DNA from: Chlamydiota bacterium
GTDB lineage: Bacteria; Chlamydiota; Chlamydiia; Chlamydiales; Parachlamydiaceae
Length of the DNA stretch: 43,103 nt
Reading direction: 5' to 3'
Assembly: GCA_013287015.1 (NCBI GenBank)
Contig: JABDEO010000002.1
Location: forward strand, 1 to 43,103
The notes beneath the pieces are model-generated. The model saw only the letters and a program-made list of their open reading frames with translations. It had not been told where the DNA came from and made no database searches. A program made the translations under genes and the position numbers. Positions 1-9,145 of the stretch are shown in pieces; within the stretch, counting starts at the first letter, position 1; each line of letters begins with the position of its first letter.

Positions 1-186
1 CTCCCTTCAATATACCAGAAAATGGTAACTTAAGCAACTTGAGATGTCAATACTAAAAAGAAAAGTCACTTCAACTTGCAAGCCTGACCCCTATCAGTCT
101 GAAAGCGCCATATCTTTTTTTCTATAAAATTTATCATCAACGCAATACAATCATTTTTCATTTATAATCAAAAGACATGAGTGTTT

Positions 187-1767
187 ATGTATTCAGTTAC
201 AATGAGCGGGCTTGGAAATCAATTTTTCTCTTCGATCACCCCCATCAGAAAGAAATATGTTTTTGTTGGATCCATAGGAATTGGTTTTGCAGTTGGGGGG
301 TTGGGCGGAGCTTTAGGAGTCGGAGCTGCTTATCTTGCTGGGAAGAAAATTTGCCAAACCTGTGATTGTTCTCGCGCTATCCAAAATATTTATTCGAGAT
401 TATTTGGGAAAACTCAGCATCTAGACGAATTATTAAGCGCTGTCTTAAAAACAAACCCCGTCGACAATTTTGCCACTTATCACAAGTTGAGAAAAAAGCG
501 AGATTTTCTCCGTCGCAGCCAACTAGAAGAATGGAATGGTCTCTTAAATAAAATCGGAACACTTAATCGTAGCCCTCTTTCTATAGCTGCAATAGAAGCC
601 TTTCGATTAGGAAAATGGGATCATCCGATTTTCAAGCATCAAGACTGGCCCGTTCTTGTCTTTTATGCTTATTTGGAAGGGCTGTTAGAGGAAAAATATT
701 TGCATAAACTTGTTCCTTTTGATGCCTGTTGCAGAGAGACACATCCTAATCATCCAGTTCGCACTTTCCAATTGATAGATCGAGAAAGAAACGTTAACCC
801 TGAAGCGCTAGCAGTACTCCAGCGGGGAATGGAAGGCTACTTTAGTAAACAATGTATAAAAGCCATAGTAGAAAAATTGCGCGCTCTACCCCCCGAAACT
901 AGCCAGTTCTTTGAAATTCATCAGTCAAAAGAAGCAAGTGATACGTTTCATTATCTAACCTACACAGATTTCCATCCATTCCTCTGCCAAGATGCTTTCG
1001 GAAAAAATTATATACAAACAGTACTCCCTCCCGAATTTGTTTATGAAATTTTAAAAGTTAGATTTGGTAAAAATGCTAGAAGGCCTAATCCTGTTTTAGG
1101 GTACCACAAAATAGAGAAAATGTCCCTTGTAGATCAACGCGTTGTTGCACTCTCTCTAGGCGATTACATTAAATTACCAAAACAACTCCACGATTTTACA
1201 TCTACTCCTCTTGGATATTATCAACACGACGCTATCTATCACTTATTCGTTGATTCAGCAAATAAACATAGAGCGGCTTGGATTGAAATTGCTCAGTTAT
1301 TCAAAATAAAAAAAGAGGAAACAATTGTAGAACATCTATTTGATGGAGATTTTCCTCCCTACAGTAGGTCTATACGAGCAAACCCTCAACTTGAGCCGCT
1401 TTCGCTTTGTAGAAAGCCGTTAGAAAAAGACGATGAGAAATTCTGGGGTATGTTTATCATGATAGTGGCAAGGTGGCATAAAACGATGTCTCCTGATAGC
1501 GCAGTAGATCTATTTTGCGAGTATTTACAGGTGCATTCTGAGAAATGGAGCCGGGACTATGGACTAAGCATTAATAGCTTACGTCAATTCGCGCTAGGTG
1601 TGAGTAAAAGAATAAAAGCTCCAAACAAGAATGGACATTGCTTGAGCGAGCCTGAACATCTAATGCGCCTGTTAGGAAAAAAATTGGGACTCGAAAAAGA
1701 ATTCCAATTATGGCCAGGTTTTCCAAGTTATGAGAAAAGCGATCAATATCAGGCCGAGACGGCCTGA
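187..1767 (+). CDS. Hypothetical protein with one Gly-rich N-terminal hydrophobic segment; no recognisable family; candidate secreted or membrane protein
   Basis: Long uninterrupted ORF (track 181..1767, GTG at 181; first ATGs at 187 and 202). Hydrophobic stretch VFVGSIGIGFAVGGLGGALGVGAAYLAG near the N-terminus. No motif I can assign. Convergent with the T3SS operon. Confidence 0.6.
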   Translation: MYSVTMSGLGNQFFSSITPIRKKYVFVGSIGIGFAVGGLGGALGVGAAYLAGKKICQTCDCSRAIQNIYSRLFGKTQHLDELLSAVLKTNPVDNFATYHKLRKKRDFLRRSQLEEWNGLLNKIGTLNRSPLSIAAIEAFRLGKWDHPIFKHQDWPVLVFYAYLEGLLEEKYLHKLVPFDACCRETHPNHPVRTFQLIDRERNVNPEALAVLQRGMEGYFSKQCIKAIVEKLRALPPETSQFFEIHQSKEASDTFHYLTYTDFHPFLCQDAFGKNYIQTVLPPEFVYEILKVRFGKNARRPNPVLGYHKIEKMSLVDQRVVALSLGDYIKLPKQLHDFTSTPLGYYQHDAIYHLFVDSANKHRAAWIEIAQLFKIKKEETIVEHLFDGDFPPYSRSIRANPQLEPLSLCRKPLEKDDEKFWGMFIMIVARWHKTMSPDSAVDLFCEYLQVHSEKWSRDYGLSINSLRQFALGVSKRIKAPNKNGHCLSEPEHLMRLLGKKLGLEKEFQLWPGFPSYEKSDQYQAETA

Positions 1768-1795
1768 TTACCTCCATTTGCACAGCTATACTGCC

Positions 1796-1843
1796 CATAA
1801 TGCCGCATGCGGCATTATGCCCATCCTGATATTATTTTTTTTT
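1796..1843 (+). terminator. Candidate terminator between convergent genes: perfect 12-bp-stem palindrome followed downstream by a T-run
   Basis: CATAATGCCGCA|TGCGGCATTATG at 1796-1819, then a T-run at about 1835-1843. The spacer of about 14 nt between stem and T-run is longer than canonical. A second small hairpin, AGGCCGagaCGGCCT, overlaps the stop codon at 1751-1765. Confidence 0.35.
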
Positions 1844-1847
1844 GCAT

Positions 1848-2714
1848 TTAGGCGCTGGCGGGCAGCTCTTGTCCGGCGGGAATGATGAACATTTGAAGCA
1901 TATTAATGACGTTGCTAATCCAGAAATAGCTTTGTCGGACGAATTCGGAAGTCATCAATTGCCAACCAAAACAGATGACGGTTAAACCAATCAACGATTT
2001 CAAGGGCATTCCCAAAAATGTGATCTGCACCTGCGGCGCAAGCCGGTTTGCGATGCCAAGAAATACGTCAGTCATCAAAATTGAGATCAAGGCCGGAGCC
2101 GCAATCTGAATGGTGATCACCATCATCTGGTTGAAGAGTTGAATGATCATTTTTGCAAATGATGAACTCAAATTAAAAAAAGCAGGATTTAAAAATTTGT
2201 CCGGAGGAATGAGTTCATAAGATTTGATAATGGCGTCAATAAATAAAAATGGTCCATCGATCATGTAAAAAATATAAATCAACACCATGTTAAACAATGT
2301 GCCCAATGGAGAAGACTGATTTTGTATCGTAGGATCATTAACCATTAAACTGGCGCCGCCGCGTTGGTGATCGATAATGATGCCGGCCGATTGCACGATA
2401 ATAAAGGGAATGCTCATGATATATCCAATGGCAAGTCCGACGAACAGTTCTTTAAGAACGTAAAATACCAGTTGAGTGTTAAATTCAGTCGGAGAGCTCA
2501 CCGACAAAAGCAAATGCGGCAAGAACACTACAAAAAGGGTGAATGCGAAAAACACCTTCGTGGGGTTTGGCAGCAATCGCGCTCCAAAAAAGGGCGACAT
2601 CGCGATAATCGGCAGCATCCGCGCCAAAAAGAGAAACAACAGAGAAAGAGCCGCATATGAGCTGGATTGTGCATAGGCGCTGGAGAGAAAGAGTTCGAGG
2701 TAGCTATCCCCCAT
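1848..2714 (-). CDS. sctT: Type III secretion export apparatus protein SctT (CdsT/YscT/FliR family)
   Basis: 288-aa polytopic membrane protein directly downstream of sctS and sctR. Position and size match CdsT in the chlamydial cdsJ-cdsT operon. Confidence 0.88.
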   Translation of the reverse strand: MGDSYLELFLSSAYAQSSSYAALSLLFLFLARMLPIIAMSPFFGARLLPNPTKVFFAFTLFVVFLPHLLLSVSSPTEFNTQLVFYVLKELFVGLAIGYIMSIPFIIVQSAGIIIDHQRGGASLMVNDPTIQNQSSPLGTLFNMVLIYIFYMIDGPFLFIDAIIKSYELIPPDKFLNPAFFNLSSSFAKMIIQLFNQMMVITIQIAAPALISILMTDVFLGIANRLAPQVQITFLGMPLKSLIGLTVICFGWQLMTSEFVRQSYFWISNVINMLQMFIIPAGQELPASA

Positions 2715-2717
2715 GCC

Positions 2718-2996
2718 TTATCCTGTTGATATCACCCACTCGGGGAAATGCTGGAAAATATTGATGGCGAATGTCATGATTTGGGCCCCTAGCCAGCCGC
2801 CCATAAACATCAACGTCAGTGTAACGGCAACGAGTTTTATCGTGAATGACAATGTCTGTTCTTGAATCTGTGTGGCGGCCTGAAAAATAGCGACAATAAT
2901 TCCAAAAAACATACTCACCAAAATAGGAGGCGCCGATAAAATAAGAATCAGCAGCATCCCCTGATAGGCAAGTTGAATCACATGCGACTGGCCCAT
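2718..2996 (-). CDS. sctS: Type III secretion export apparatus protein SctS (CdsS/YscS/FliQ family)
   Basis: 92-aa two-helix membrane protein with a FliQ-like sequence (AATQIQEQTLSF). It lies between sctR and sctT with gaps of only 3-9 nt. Confidence 0.9.
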   Translation of the reverse strand: MGQSHVIQLAYQGMLLILILSAPPILVSMFFGIIVAIFQAATQIQEQTLSFTIKLVAVTLTLMFMGGWLGAQIMTFAINIFQHFPEWVISTG

Positions 2997-3005
2997 AACA
3001 ATCTC

Positions 3006-3884
3006 CTAATGGAAAGTATTCACTAACCCTTCGACCAACAGCGTCCAGCCGTCCAACATCACCAGCAAAAACAATTTTAACGGCATTGATATGGTTACAG
3101 GAGACAACATCATCATGCCCATTGCTAATAAAATGTTGGAAGTGACAAGGTCGATGACGAAAAATGGAATATAAATCAATACTCCGATTTCAAATGCATC
3201 CTTCAGCTGACTTGTAATAAACGCGGGAAGAAGAACCATCATGTCGCTAGGTGTAAGCGCGTCGCGGTACTCCTCAGGGAGCCCTTTATACGTCATCCGA
3301 TAAAACAGAGCCTGATGTTTAGGCGTCGAATTTTTCTTCAAGAAATCCTTAAAAGGCTCCTTGGCATATGATGCGATCTCGATTACATATGTCGAGGAAT
3401 CCGTGGACATGAGGGAATCAGGAGCCTTCAACCGGCCGACCACCTCTCTAGTGACATCATACATTTTTAAACAAGTTGGGTACATGATAAATAACGCCAA
3501 CATGAACGCCACGCCATTCAATATCTGGTTGGGCGGAGCTTGTTGAACGCCTAGGGCGCTGCGCAGTAAAGAAAGAACAATCACAATCTTCATGAAGGGT
3601 GAAAGAATCATGATGATAAACGGCAATAGCGCCAGAAGCGACAGCAGCATGCCCTGTGTGAGGAGGGAGGGCCGCTGATAGCCTGTTGGTTCCACAGCCA
3701 CTTGCCCAGAAGTTTTCACCTTCGCATTGTCAATAGCCCCTGGAGGAGGCAAACTCGTCGTTGAGCGCGCTCCCGCTTGTGAAAACAGTTGTTCGGGAGA
3801 GCAGCAAAAAACTCCGATAATTGCAAAAATGCATACCAGGAATCTCGCCGTAAAAAAACGTGAAATAAACGTCATAACATCCAC
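3006..3884 (-). CDS. sctR: Type III secretion export apparatus protein SctR (CdsR/YscR/FliP family)
   Basis: FliP-family motifs (LLRSALGVQQAPPNQILNGVAFMLALFIMYP; MMMLSPVTISMPLKLFLLVMLDGW). N-terminal extension as in chlamydial CdsR. GTG at 3884, or an internal ATG at 3875. Confidence 0.92.
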   Translation of the reverse strand: MDVMTFISRFFTARFLVCIFAIIGVFCCSPEQLFSQAGARSTTSLPPPGAIDNAKVKTSGQVAVEPTGYQRPSLLTQGMLLSLLALLPFIIMILSPFMKIVIVLSLLRSALGVQQAPPNQILNGVAFMLALFIMYPTCLKMYDVTREVVGRLKAPDSLMSTDSSTYVIEIASYAKEPFKDFLKKNSTPKHQALFYRMTYKGLPEEYRDALTPSDMMVLLPAFITSQLKDAFEIGVLIYIPFFVIDLVTSNILLAMGMMMLSPVTISMPLKLFLLVMLDGWTLLVEGLVNTFH

Positions 3885-3885
3885 T

Positions 3886-4518
3886 CTACTTTGCTTTCAG
3901 GAGATTTTCAAAAGCCGCTTCCAGAACGCGCCAACGATTATCCAACTGAGCGTTGATGATGCCGCCCTCAGTCTCGATAATGCATCCTCCCTGCGCCAAA
4001 TCCGCACGTTCACGGATCGACAAGGCTTCTAAATTTTCAAATAATTGCCTCAAACGCGGCCGATTAGCTTCCAATACAGCAAAATCTTTTCTATTAACAT
4101 AAATTGCAACCTTTTTGTGTTGGGCAACAGCCTTAAGGTTTGCTGATACAATATCGACGATCACGTCTTCCGAAAGTTCAATTTCTTTATTTACAATTTT
4201 TTTAGCGGCTTTGAGGGCGACCGGAATGACCTGTTTTTCCATATCGGCGCGAACTTTAAGGATCTCCTCTTCCAACTGAGCGATTTTATCCACCCACTGT
4301 TGAAAACCGACTTCAAATCCCTCGCGCTGCGCCTGTTCTTTCAAGGTTTCTATTTCCGCTACGACTTCGATTTTATGCTGTTCCGCATCTTTTTTTACGC
4401 TTTCGAGCGCTTCATGGGCGGTTTGTAGAACAGAAAATTCGTTGGCGGGAATGATTTTCTTTTTGGGAGCGATATGAACGCTGTCGCCATGAATAAGTGT
4501 AAAAAATTTATTACTCAC
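3886..4518 (-). CDS. sctL: Type III secretion stator / ATPase regulator SctL (CdsL/YscL/FliH-like)
   Basis: 210-aa coiled-coil protein with a FliH/YscL-like C-terminal part (GGCIIETEGGIINAQLDNRW). The GTG start overlaps the upstream stop (GTGA), implying translational coupling. Confidence 0.8.
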   Translation of the reverse strand: MSNKFFTLIHGDSVHIAPKKKIIPANEFSVLQTAHEALESVKKDAEQHKIEVVAEIETLKEQAQREGFEVGFQQWVDKIAQLEEEILKVRADMEKQVIPVALKAAKKIVNKEIELSEDVIVDIVSANLKAVAQHKKVAIYVNRKDFAVLEANRPRLRQLFENLEALSIRERADLAQGGCIIETEGGIINAQLDNRWRVLEAAFENLLKAK

Positions 4519-5381
4519 GATGCACTCTTTGGCTCAAGGTATTTTATAGCGTTAAGGACTTGTTGTATTAAAACAGGCGTCACTCCAGGCAACGCCTGTG
4601 GAGAATAATGCTTTTCCAATGCAGCCCCGCGGCCGACATCCAAAATATGTTTGATGTACCATAGCAGATCGGGATGCTGACCGCAAAGAGCTTTGCCAAG
4701 ACGTACAATGCCGCGTTGATGCAATAATCGCTCTAGCGTACGACGACTGCCGTCCCACAACTTTAAATTAAGAGGCGTCGCCGTAATTTTTTCTTTCTGA
4801 TGCAGGCATTCTCGCAAAAAGGGCTTTTGTTTTTTGGAAAGATGCGTATAAAACTGTTTCACACGCTTTTGGTCAATAATATAGCGCATCTCTTCCGCTA
4901 AATCATATAAACCTAAAATATCAATAAGCTCAATCAGTTGCTGTTTATTCCAATTAGCCAATTCTGAAAGCGATGTTTGAGGTAAAAATTCCACGGGAAG
5001 GATTTCGGCTGGCTTCACATGTTTATAGAGCGTATTGAGGAGAAAGACACGCACCGGATCAGCAAATGATGCGCCCGTATCAACTGGAGTTTGCTTTAAC
5101 AACAGTCCTAATTTAGAGCTATGCCCCTCAGGCAATACAGCCAATAAGGTGTTGTGCAATGGAGCGGGCAGCTTTTTCAACGCGGGCAGCAGCCATGAAT
5201 AGTGGATTTTTTCAACAAAGTCCTTGGGCTGCTGCAATGCGACGGCCGCATTGTCGAAGGCGATTTTCTGACTACGGACGCCTGCAGCGTCCTCCGGAGG
5301 TAAATAGCGCAGCAGAGAATCTTCCGAATGATGAAAGTGATTCAACAGCGCTTTCAGCATAATCCAACTTTTTGCCTGCAT
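4515..5381 (-). CDS. Conserved T3SS-operon protein occupying the position of chlamydial CT560 (possible SctK-like sorting-platform component)
   Basis: 288-aa soluble ORF between sctJ and sctL, the same position as CT560 in the C. trachomatis CT559-CT564 cluster. The functional call is positional only. Confidence 0.6.
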   Translation of the reverse strand: MQAKSWIMLKALLNHFHHSEDSLLRYLPPEDAAGVRSQKIAFDNAAVALQQPKDFVEKIHYSWLLPALKKLPAPLHNTLLAVLPEGHSSKLGLLLKQTPVDTGASFADPVRVFLLNTLYKHVKPAEILPVEFLPQTSLSELANWNKQQLIELIDILGLYDLAEEMRYIIDQKRVKQFYTHLSKKQKPFLRECLHQKEKITATPLNLKLWDGSRRTLERLLHQRGIVRLGKALCGQHPDLLWYIKHILDVGRGAALEKHYSPQALPGVTPVLIQQVLNAIKYLEPKSAS

Positions 5382-5391
5382 CCCTTCATCC

Positions 5392-6390
5392 TCAAGTTAC
5401 ATCAACATCGCGATCCTTCGCACTCTCCTCTTCCGCAGCTTTTTCGGCCGCCCCCTTCTCTACCGGTTCCTTTGCCTCGGAAGCATCCTCCAATTTTATT
5501 GGGTGAATATGGAATAATTCTTTTATACCCCCAAATTTTCGCAATAGGGGGTATATTTTCCAAGCGCCCCATATCAAGCTTAAAAGGAGCAGCAAGATGA
5601 TTACAATAAAAGAAAAGAAAATCAATCTAAACCGGTTCAGCGACTCCTTGCCTAACGTGATGGTCCAAACAGTGATATACTGCTTGTTTTCTTCACTTAA
5701 CGCCGTGGATGTTTCATTTCCAAAATAGGGATTAGTCACCCGATCTCCAATAACGGTCACATTGTCCGGATCTAAATTTGGAACGCTGGCCGCTACGAGT
5801 CGTTTAATTTTAGTGATGAGGTGACGATTAGGATCATCCAACACGCCATTATGTTTGACATATACGGAGGTTGTGCTTTTCTTCTTGGGAGCATTCGGGT
5901 TGAGTGGATTTTCTTCTGGGAATGTAATTTGCACTTCCGCATCCAATACTCCATCAATCTTACGAATCGTGCTTGCTATTTGCTCGGCTAGACCCGCTTG
6001 ATAGCGGATTTTTTCTTGCAGCTCCGAGGGGACAAGGCCGCCGCCCGTAAATATGCCTAGCAAGTTTTGTCCTCTACGGCGAGGAAGTCCAGCCTGATTA
6101 AGAAGAGCCATCGCTTCAGTAGCTTGTTCTGTATTGACGTTAATATCCCACAAAGAAGTTTTCGATCCGCCTCCGCCTCCCGTCCCTTCCGTACTCACCA
6201 CTTTTGCGGCCTCAATCCCTTTGCTTGCCAAGAAGACGATCATTTCATTAGCGTCTTTTTCATCCAATCCATTGACAATGGTTTTGGTGGAAGAGCAGCT
6301 AGTAAAGAGAGGAATAAAAAGACAAAGAAGGAGTAAATGGCGCGCAAACCGCATCCAAGGATTTTGCATGATGACACAATTCATTCGCAT
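5392..6390 (-). CDS. sctJ: Type III secretion inner-membrane ring lipoprotein SctJ (CdsJ/YscJ/PrgK family)
   Basis: Signal peptide with a Cys (LLLLCLFIPLFTSCSS), a YscJ-family N-domain (GLDEKDANEMIVFLASKGIEAAKV), a C-terminal TM helix and an acidic tail. Alternative starts at 6369 and 6354. Confidence 0.9.
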   Translation of the reverse strand: MRMNCVIMQNPWMRFARHLLLLCLFIPLFTSCSSTKTIVNGLDEKDANEMIVFLASKGIEAAKVVSTEGTGGGGGSKTSLWDINVNTEQATEAMALLNQAGLPRRRGQNLLGIFTGGGLVPSELQEKIRYQAGLAEQIASTIRKIDGVLDAEVQITFPEENPLNPNAPKKKSTTSVYVKHNGVLDDPNRHLITKIKRLVAASVPNLDPDNVTVIGDRVTNPYFGNETSTALSEENKQYITVWTITLGKESLNRFRLIFFSFIVIILLLLLSLIWGAWKIYPLLRKFGGIKELFHIHPIKLEDASEAKEPVEKGAAEKAAEEESAKDRDVDVT

Positions 6391-6553
6391 AATTATCGCT
6401 CTTCAAAAATAAAAGTAAAACCTATTCATTATCCTAACACATCCATCTAAAGGGTACAATTAAAAGTTGGGTTATTTTGCATCTTCACTTGCCTTTTGCT
6501 TGCGCAAGGAGTATGCTCCCTCTCTTTTAGAAGATATCCGCCTTTTAATATTT

Positions 6554-8710
6554 ATGAAATATAATTATCGCCTATTTCTTTTTTGGTTAAGCGCGCTTGG
6601 TTTAGGCTGCCCCCTTTTACAAGCTGGCGCTTCGGATTTTCAAGACCGGCTTTTTAACGACATGATGATTGTCGACTACTGGAATAAACGCATCAGCGAA
6701 CGTTTGCCTGTCACCTATAATCATCTGCTTCAAGGCGGATATTTTAATATGCCGTCTGCCCGCATGGGCAGTGAAGGCGAAGTCGGCGCAGGGTTCTCTT
6801 GGGTGCCTCCCTATCATAACTACAACCTGCGATGTCAATTCACCGACCGCCTTGAGGTCTCCGGAAATTATCGCGTTTTTCGCGGCGTTGACGACCCTGT
6901 TCTAACGCCATTGGGTTTTGGAGACCTCTCCGACAAGGGAGCCAACTTCAAGCTAAGTTTATTTCAAGCGGAGGACAGCGATTACACGCTTCCGGGCATT
7001 GCCATAGGCTTTGAGGATTTCATGGGCACGCGGAGCTTTAAAGCCCAGTACGCCGTCATCACTCAAGTTCTGCTCGACTATCACTTAGAAGCGAGCCTTG
7101 GATATGGCGGAGGTCGTATTCACGGATTTTTTGGCGGCGTTTCCCTAATGCCCTTTCGACGCTGCCAGTCAGCCCTTTTGAAAGGGATCAGCATAGCCGC
7201 CGAATATGATGCGATACCCTATCATGATCCCGAACTCGAAAAACATCCAAAAGGACGCGAAAAAAAATCTCCGATTAATTTTGGGGTTAAATACCGCCTC
7301 TGGGATATGTTTGATTTCTCAGCAAGTTATGTGCGCGGCAAAGCTTGGGCGTTCTCGACCTCCGTTTATTATAATTTAGGAACAACAAAAGGATTTTTGC
7401 CGAAAATTGATAAACCCTTGCCATACCAATCCCCTGTGAATATCGAGCCTCTAGGCTGGCGTCGACCTGAAGACGCGATGGTTCAGGATCTGCTCTATGC
7501 GATGCGCGTGCAAGGTTTTGACCTGTTGGAAGCGTCTCTTTTTTATACGGAATGCGCCGAAAAGTCACTGCGATTAAAAGTTTACAACACCTTTTACCGG
7601 AGTGAGAGCGAAGTTCGTGAACGCATTGTCAATTTACTTGCGTGTTTGGTCCCTAACGATATCGATCGCGTTATTGTCGTCATTGAAGATGAAGGTTTTC
7701 CCATTCAAGAATACCGCTTTCATATGGAATACTTGCGCGCCTATGCGGAACAAACAATAGGCCCGCATGAATTATGCATTCTTAGTCCATTATGCGAGGT
7801 GAGTTTTCCCGGTCCATGCACAGAGCAGCTCCTGTTTAAACACCGCAGAGACTTATGGAATTTTGAGGTCTTGCCTAAAACACACACCTTCTTTGGCAGT
7901 TCGAGAGGCAAATTCAAATACGCGCTTGGCGTGAATGCAGGCTTGAATGGCTATATTTTCGATGATCTTTTTTACTCTATTCGCTTAGGCTACATAGCTT
8001 TTTCAGACCTTGAGCATCTCAGGGGCGTCGACCGCCTGAATCCTTCGCAATTGCCGAATGTCAGAACCGATATCGTCCGCTATTACAATCAGCCTGGAGT
8101 CACTGTAGATGAGGGATATCTGCAAAAAAATTGGAATCTCGGCAAAGGTTGGTACACGCGCGCAGCTTTGGGGTATTTTGAAGAGGAATACGCCGGTTTG
8201 GCCAGTGAGATCCTTTATTACCCTCTTCATCACAATTGGGCGATCGGAATTGAAGGCGCCGCGTTTAAAAAACGCAATTACAAGGGCTTAGGATTTACAG
8301 ATAAAGTGCGTCAATACCATGGATTCATTCCTTTCCACCGCAAGTTCAATTTTTCGCAATATTTCTTGGATCTTTATTACACTTGGCCAGAAGCTCAACT
8401 TGATTTTAAAGCGATGATCGGCAAATTCCTCGCCGATGACTATGGCGTGCGGTATGAAATTGCGCGCTATTTCCCAAGCGGCCTTAAAATTTCCATCTGG
8501 TACACCGTCACCAACGGCCACGATCGCATTAATGGCTCCAATTATTATGACAAAGGCATCGCCTTTTCTCTGCCAATGGACATTTTCTATACTTACAGCG
8601 ACCGCTCCCGCTGGAGCTATGGCATGTCGGCATGGCTGCGCGACGTAGGGGTCACTGCGGAAACCGGCATGAAACTCTACGATCTAATTCGCGAACAGCG
8701 CAATTATTAA
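6554..8710 (+). CDS. YjbH/GfcD-family outer-membrane polysaccharide-associated beta-barrel protein
   Basis: Family-typical blocks recalled from E. coli YjbH: GYFNMPSARMGSEGEV (compare GLLQTPTARMAREGEL), LPGIAIGFEDFMGT, LPNVRTDIVRYY, EILYYPLHHNWAIGIEG and YYDKGIAFSLPMDIF. Signal-peptide-like start MKYNYRLFLFWLSALGLGCPLLQA at ATG 6554; the track ORF begins at TTG 6467. Confidence 0.8.
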   Translation: MKYNYRLFLFWLSALGLGCPLLQAGASDFQDRLFNDMMIVDYWNKRISERLPVTYNHLLQGGYFNMPSARMGSEGEVGAGFSWVPPYHNYNLRCQFTDRLEVSGNYRVFRGVDDPVLTPLGFGDLSDKGANFKLSLFQAEDSDYTLPGIAIGFEDFMGTRSFKAQYAVITQVLLDYHLEASLGYGGGRIHGFFGGVSLMPFRRCQSALLKGISIAAEYDAIPYHDPELEKHPKGREKKSPINFGVKYRLWDMFDFSASYVRGKAWAFSTSVYYNLGTTKGFLPKIDKPLPYQSPVNIEPLGWRRPEDAMVQDLLYAMRVQGFDLLEASLFYTECAEKSLRLKVYNTFYRSESEVRERIVNLLACLVPNDIDRVIVVIEDEGFPIQEYRFHMEYLRAYAEQTIGPHELCILSPLCEVSFPGPCTEQLLFKHRRDLWNFEVLPKTHTFFGSSRGKFKYALGVNAGLNGYIFDDLFYSIRLGYIAFSDLEHLRGVDRLNPSQLPNVRTDIVRYYNQPGVTVDEGYLQKNWNLGKGWYTRAALGYFEEEYAGLASEILYYPLHHNWAIGIEGAAFKKRNYKGLGFTDKVRQYHGFIPFHRKFNFSQYFLDLYYTWPEAQLDFKAMIGKFLADDYGVRYEIARYFPSGLKISIWYTVTNGHDRINGSNYYDKGIAFSLPMDIFYTYSDRSRWSYGMSAWLRDVGVTAETGMKLYDLIREQRNY

Positions 8711-8740
8711 CCATTTAGAGTTAAACGATTTTAAATAGCA

Positions 8741-9109
8741 GAACCAAAAGCTTGATGTCTTATTCATTTTTGCATCATTTTTTCTCTCATTATGTAGCCC
8801 ACACTAAGGTGTAGCGAGCCCTAGCGAGCGGAACCGCGGTGTGGGAATATCATGAATACACGACCTAACCAGGGACTGGTTCTTCATTTTTATCTTTTTT
8901 CCCTCTTTTTAAAATCGAAGGCTTAAATATTTTTCTGTAAAAAAAGCAAAAAAGACAAAAAAAGAAGAACTGGTCCCCAGTTAGGCTATGTATTCATCGT
9001 GTTCCCACACCTGCGGTTCCGCTCGCTTGGGCTCGCTACACCTTAGTGTGGGCTACGTAATGAGAGAAAAAATGATGCAAAAATGAATAAGACATCAAGC
9101 TTTTAGTTC
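8741..9109. repeat. Giant imperfect palindrome: arms of about 145 bp and a T/A-rich spacer of about 78 bp
   Basis: Left arm 8741-8885 (GAACCAAAAGCTTGATGTCTTATTCATTTTTGCATC...GGACTGGTTCTTC) is the reverse complement of right arm 8964-9109 (GAAGAACTGGTCC...GATGCAAAAATGAATAAGACATCAAGCTTTTAGTTC). The outer 60 bp or so are almost perfect, and several differences are T/G (wobble-compatible). Confidence 0.95.
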
Positions 9110-9145
9110 TGAAAGGATGGCATAAAAAAACAACAGTTTTTGTTT

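Noticed and set aside
187-330. Inc-type inclusion-membrane protein assignment for the 528-aa protein
   Set aside because: The hydrophobic segment is only about 29 residues and Gly-rich. It is too short for the bilobed 40-60-residue hydrophobic domain that defines Inc proteins, so it is left as a hypothetical membrane-anchored protein.
2364-2676. Plus-strand ORFs overlapping sctT; many similar antisense or out-of-frame ORFs occur inside long genes (for example 3361..3546, 6067..6412, 14084..14870, 16254..16686, 22953..23706, 25565..26225)
   Set aside because: They are embedded within well-supported longer genes on the opposite strand or in another frame. Their composition is Arg/Ser/Lys-skewed, typical of shadow ORFs, and no motif is recognisable.
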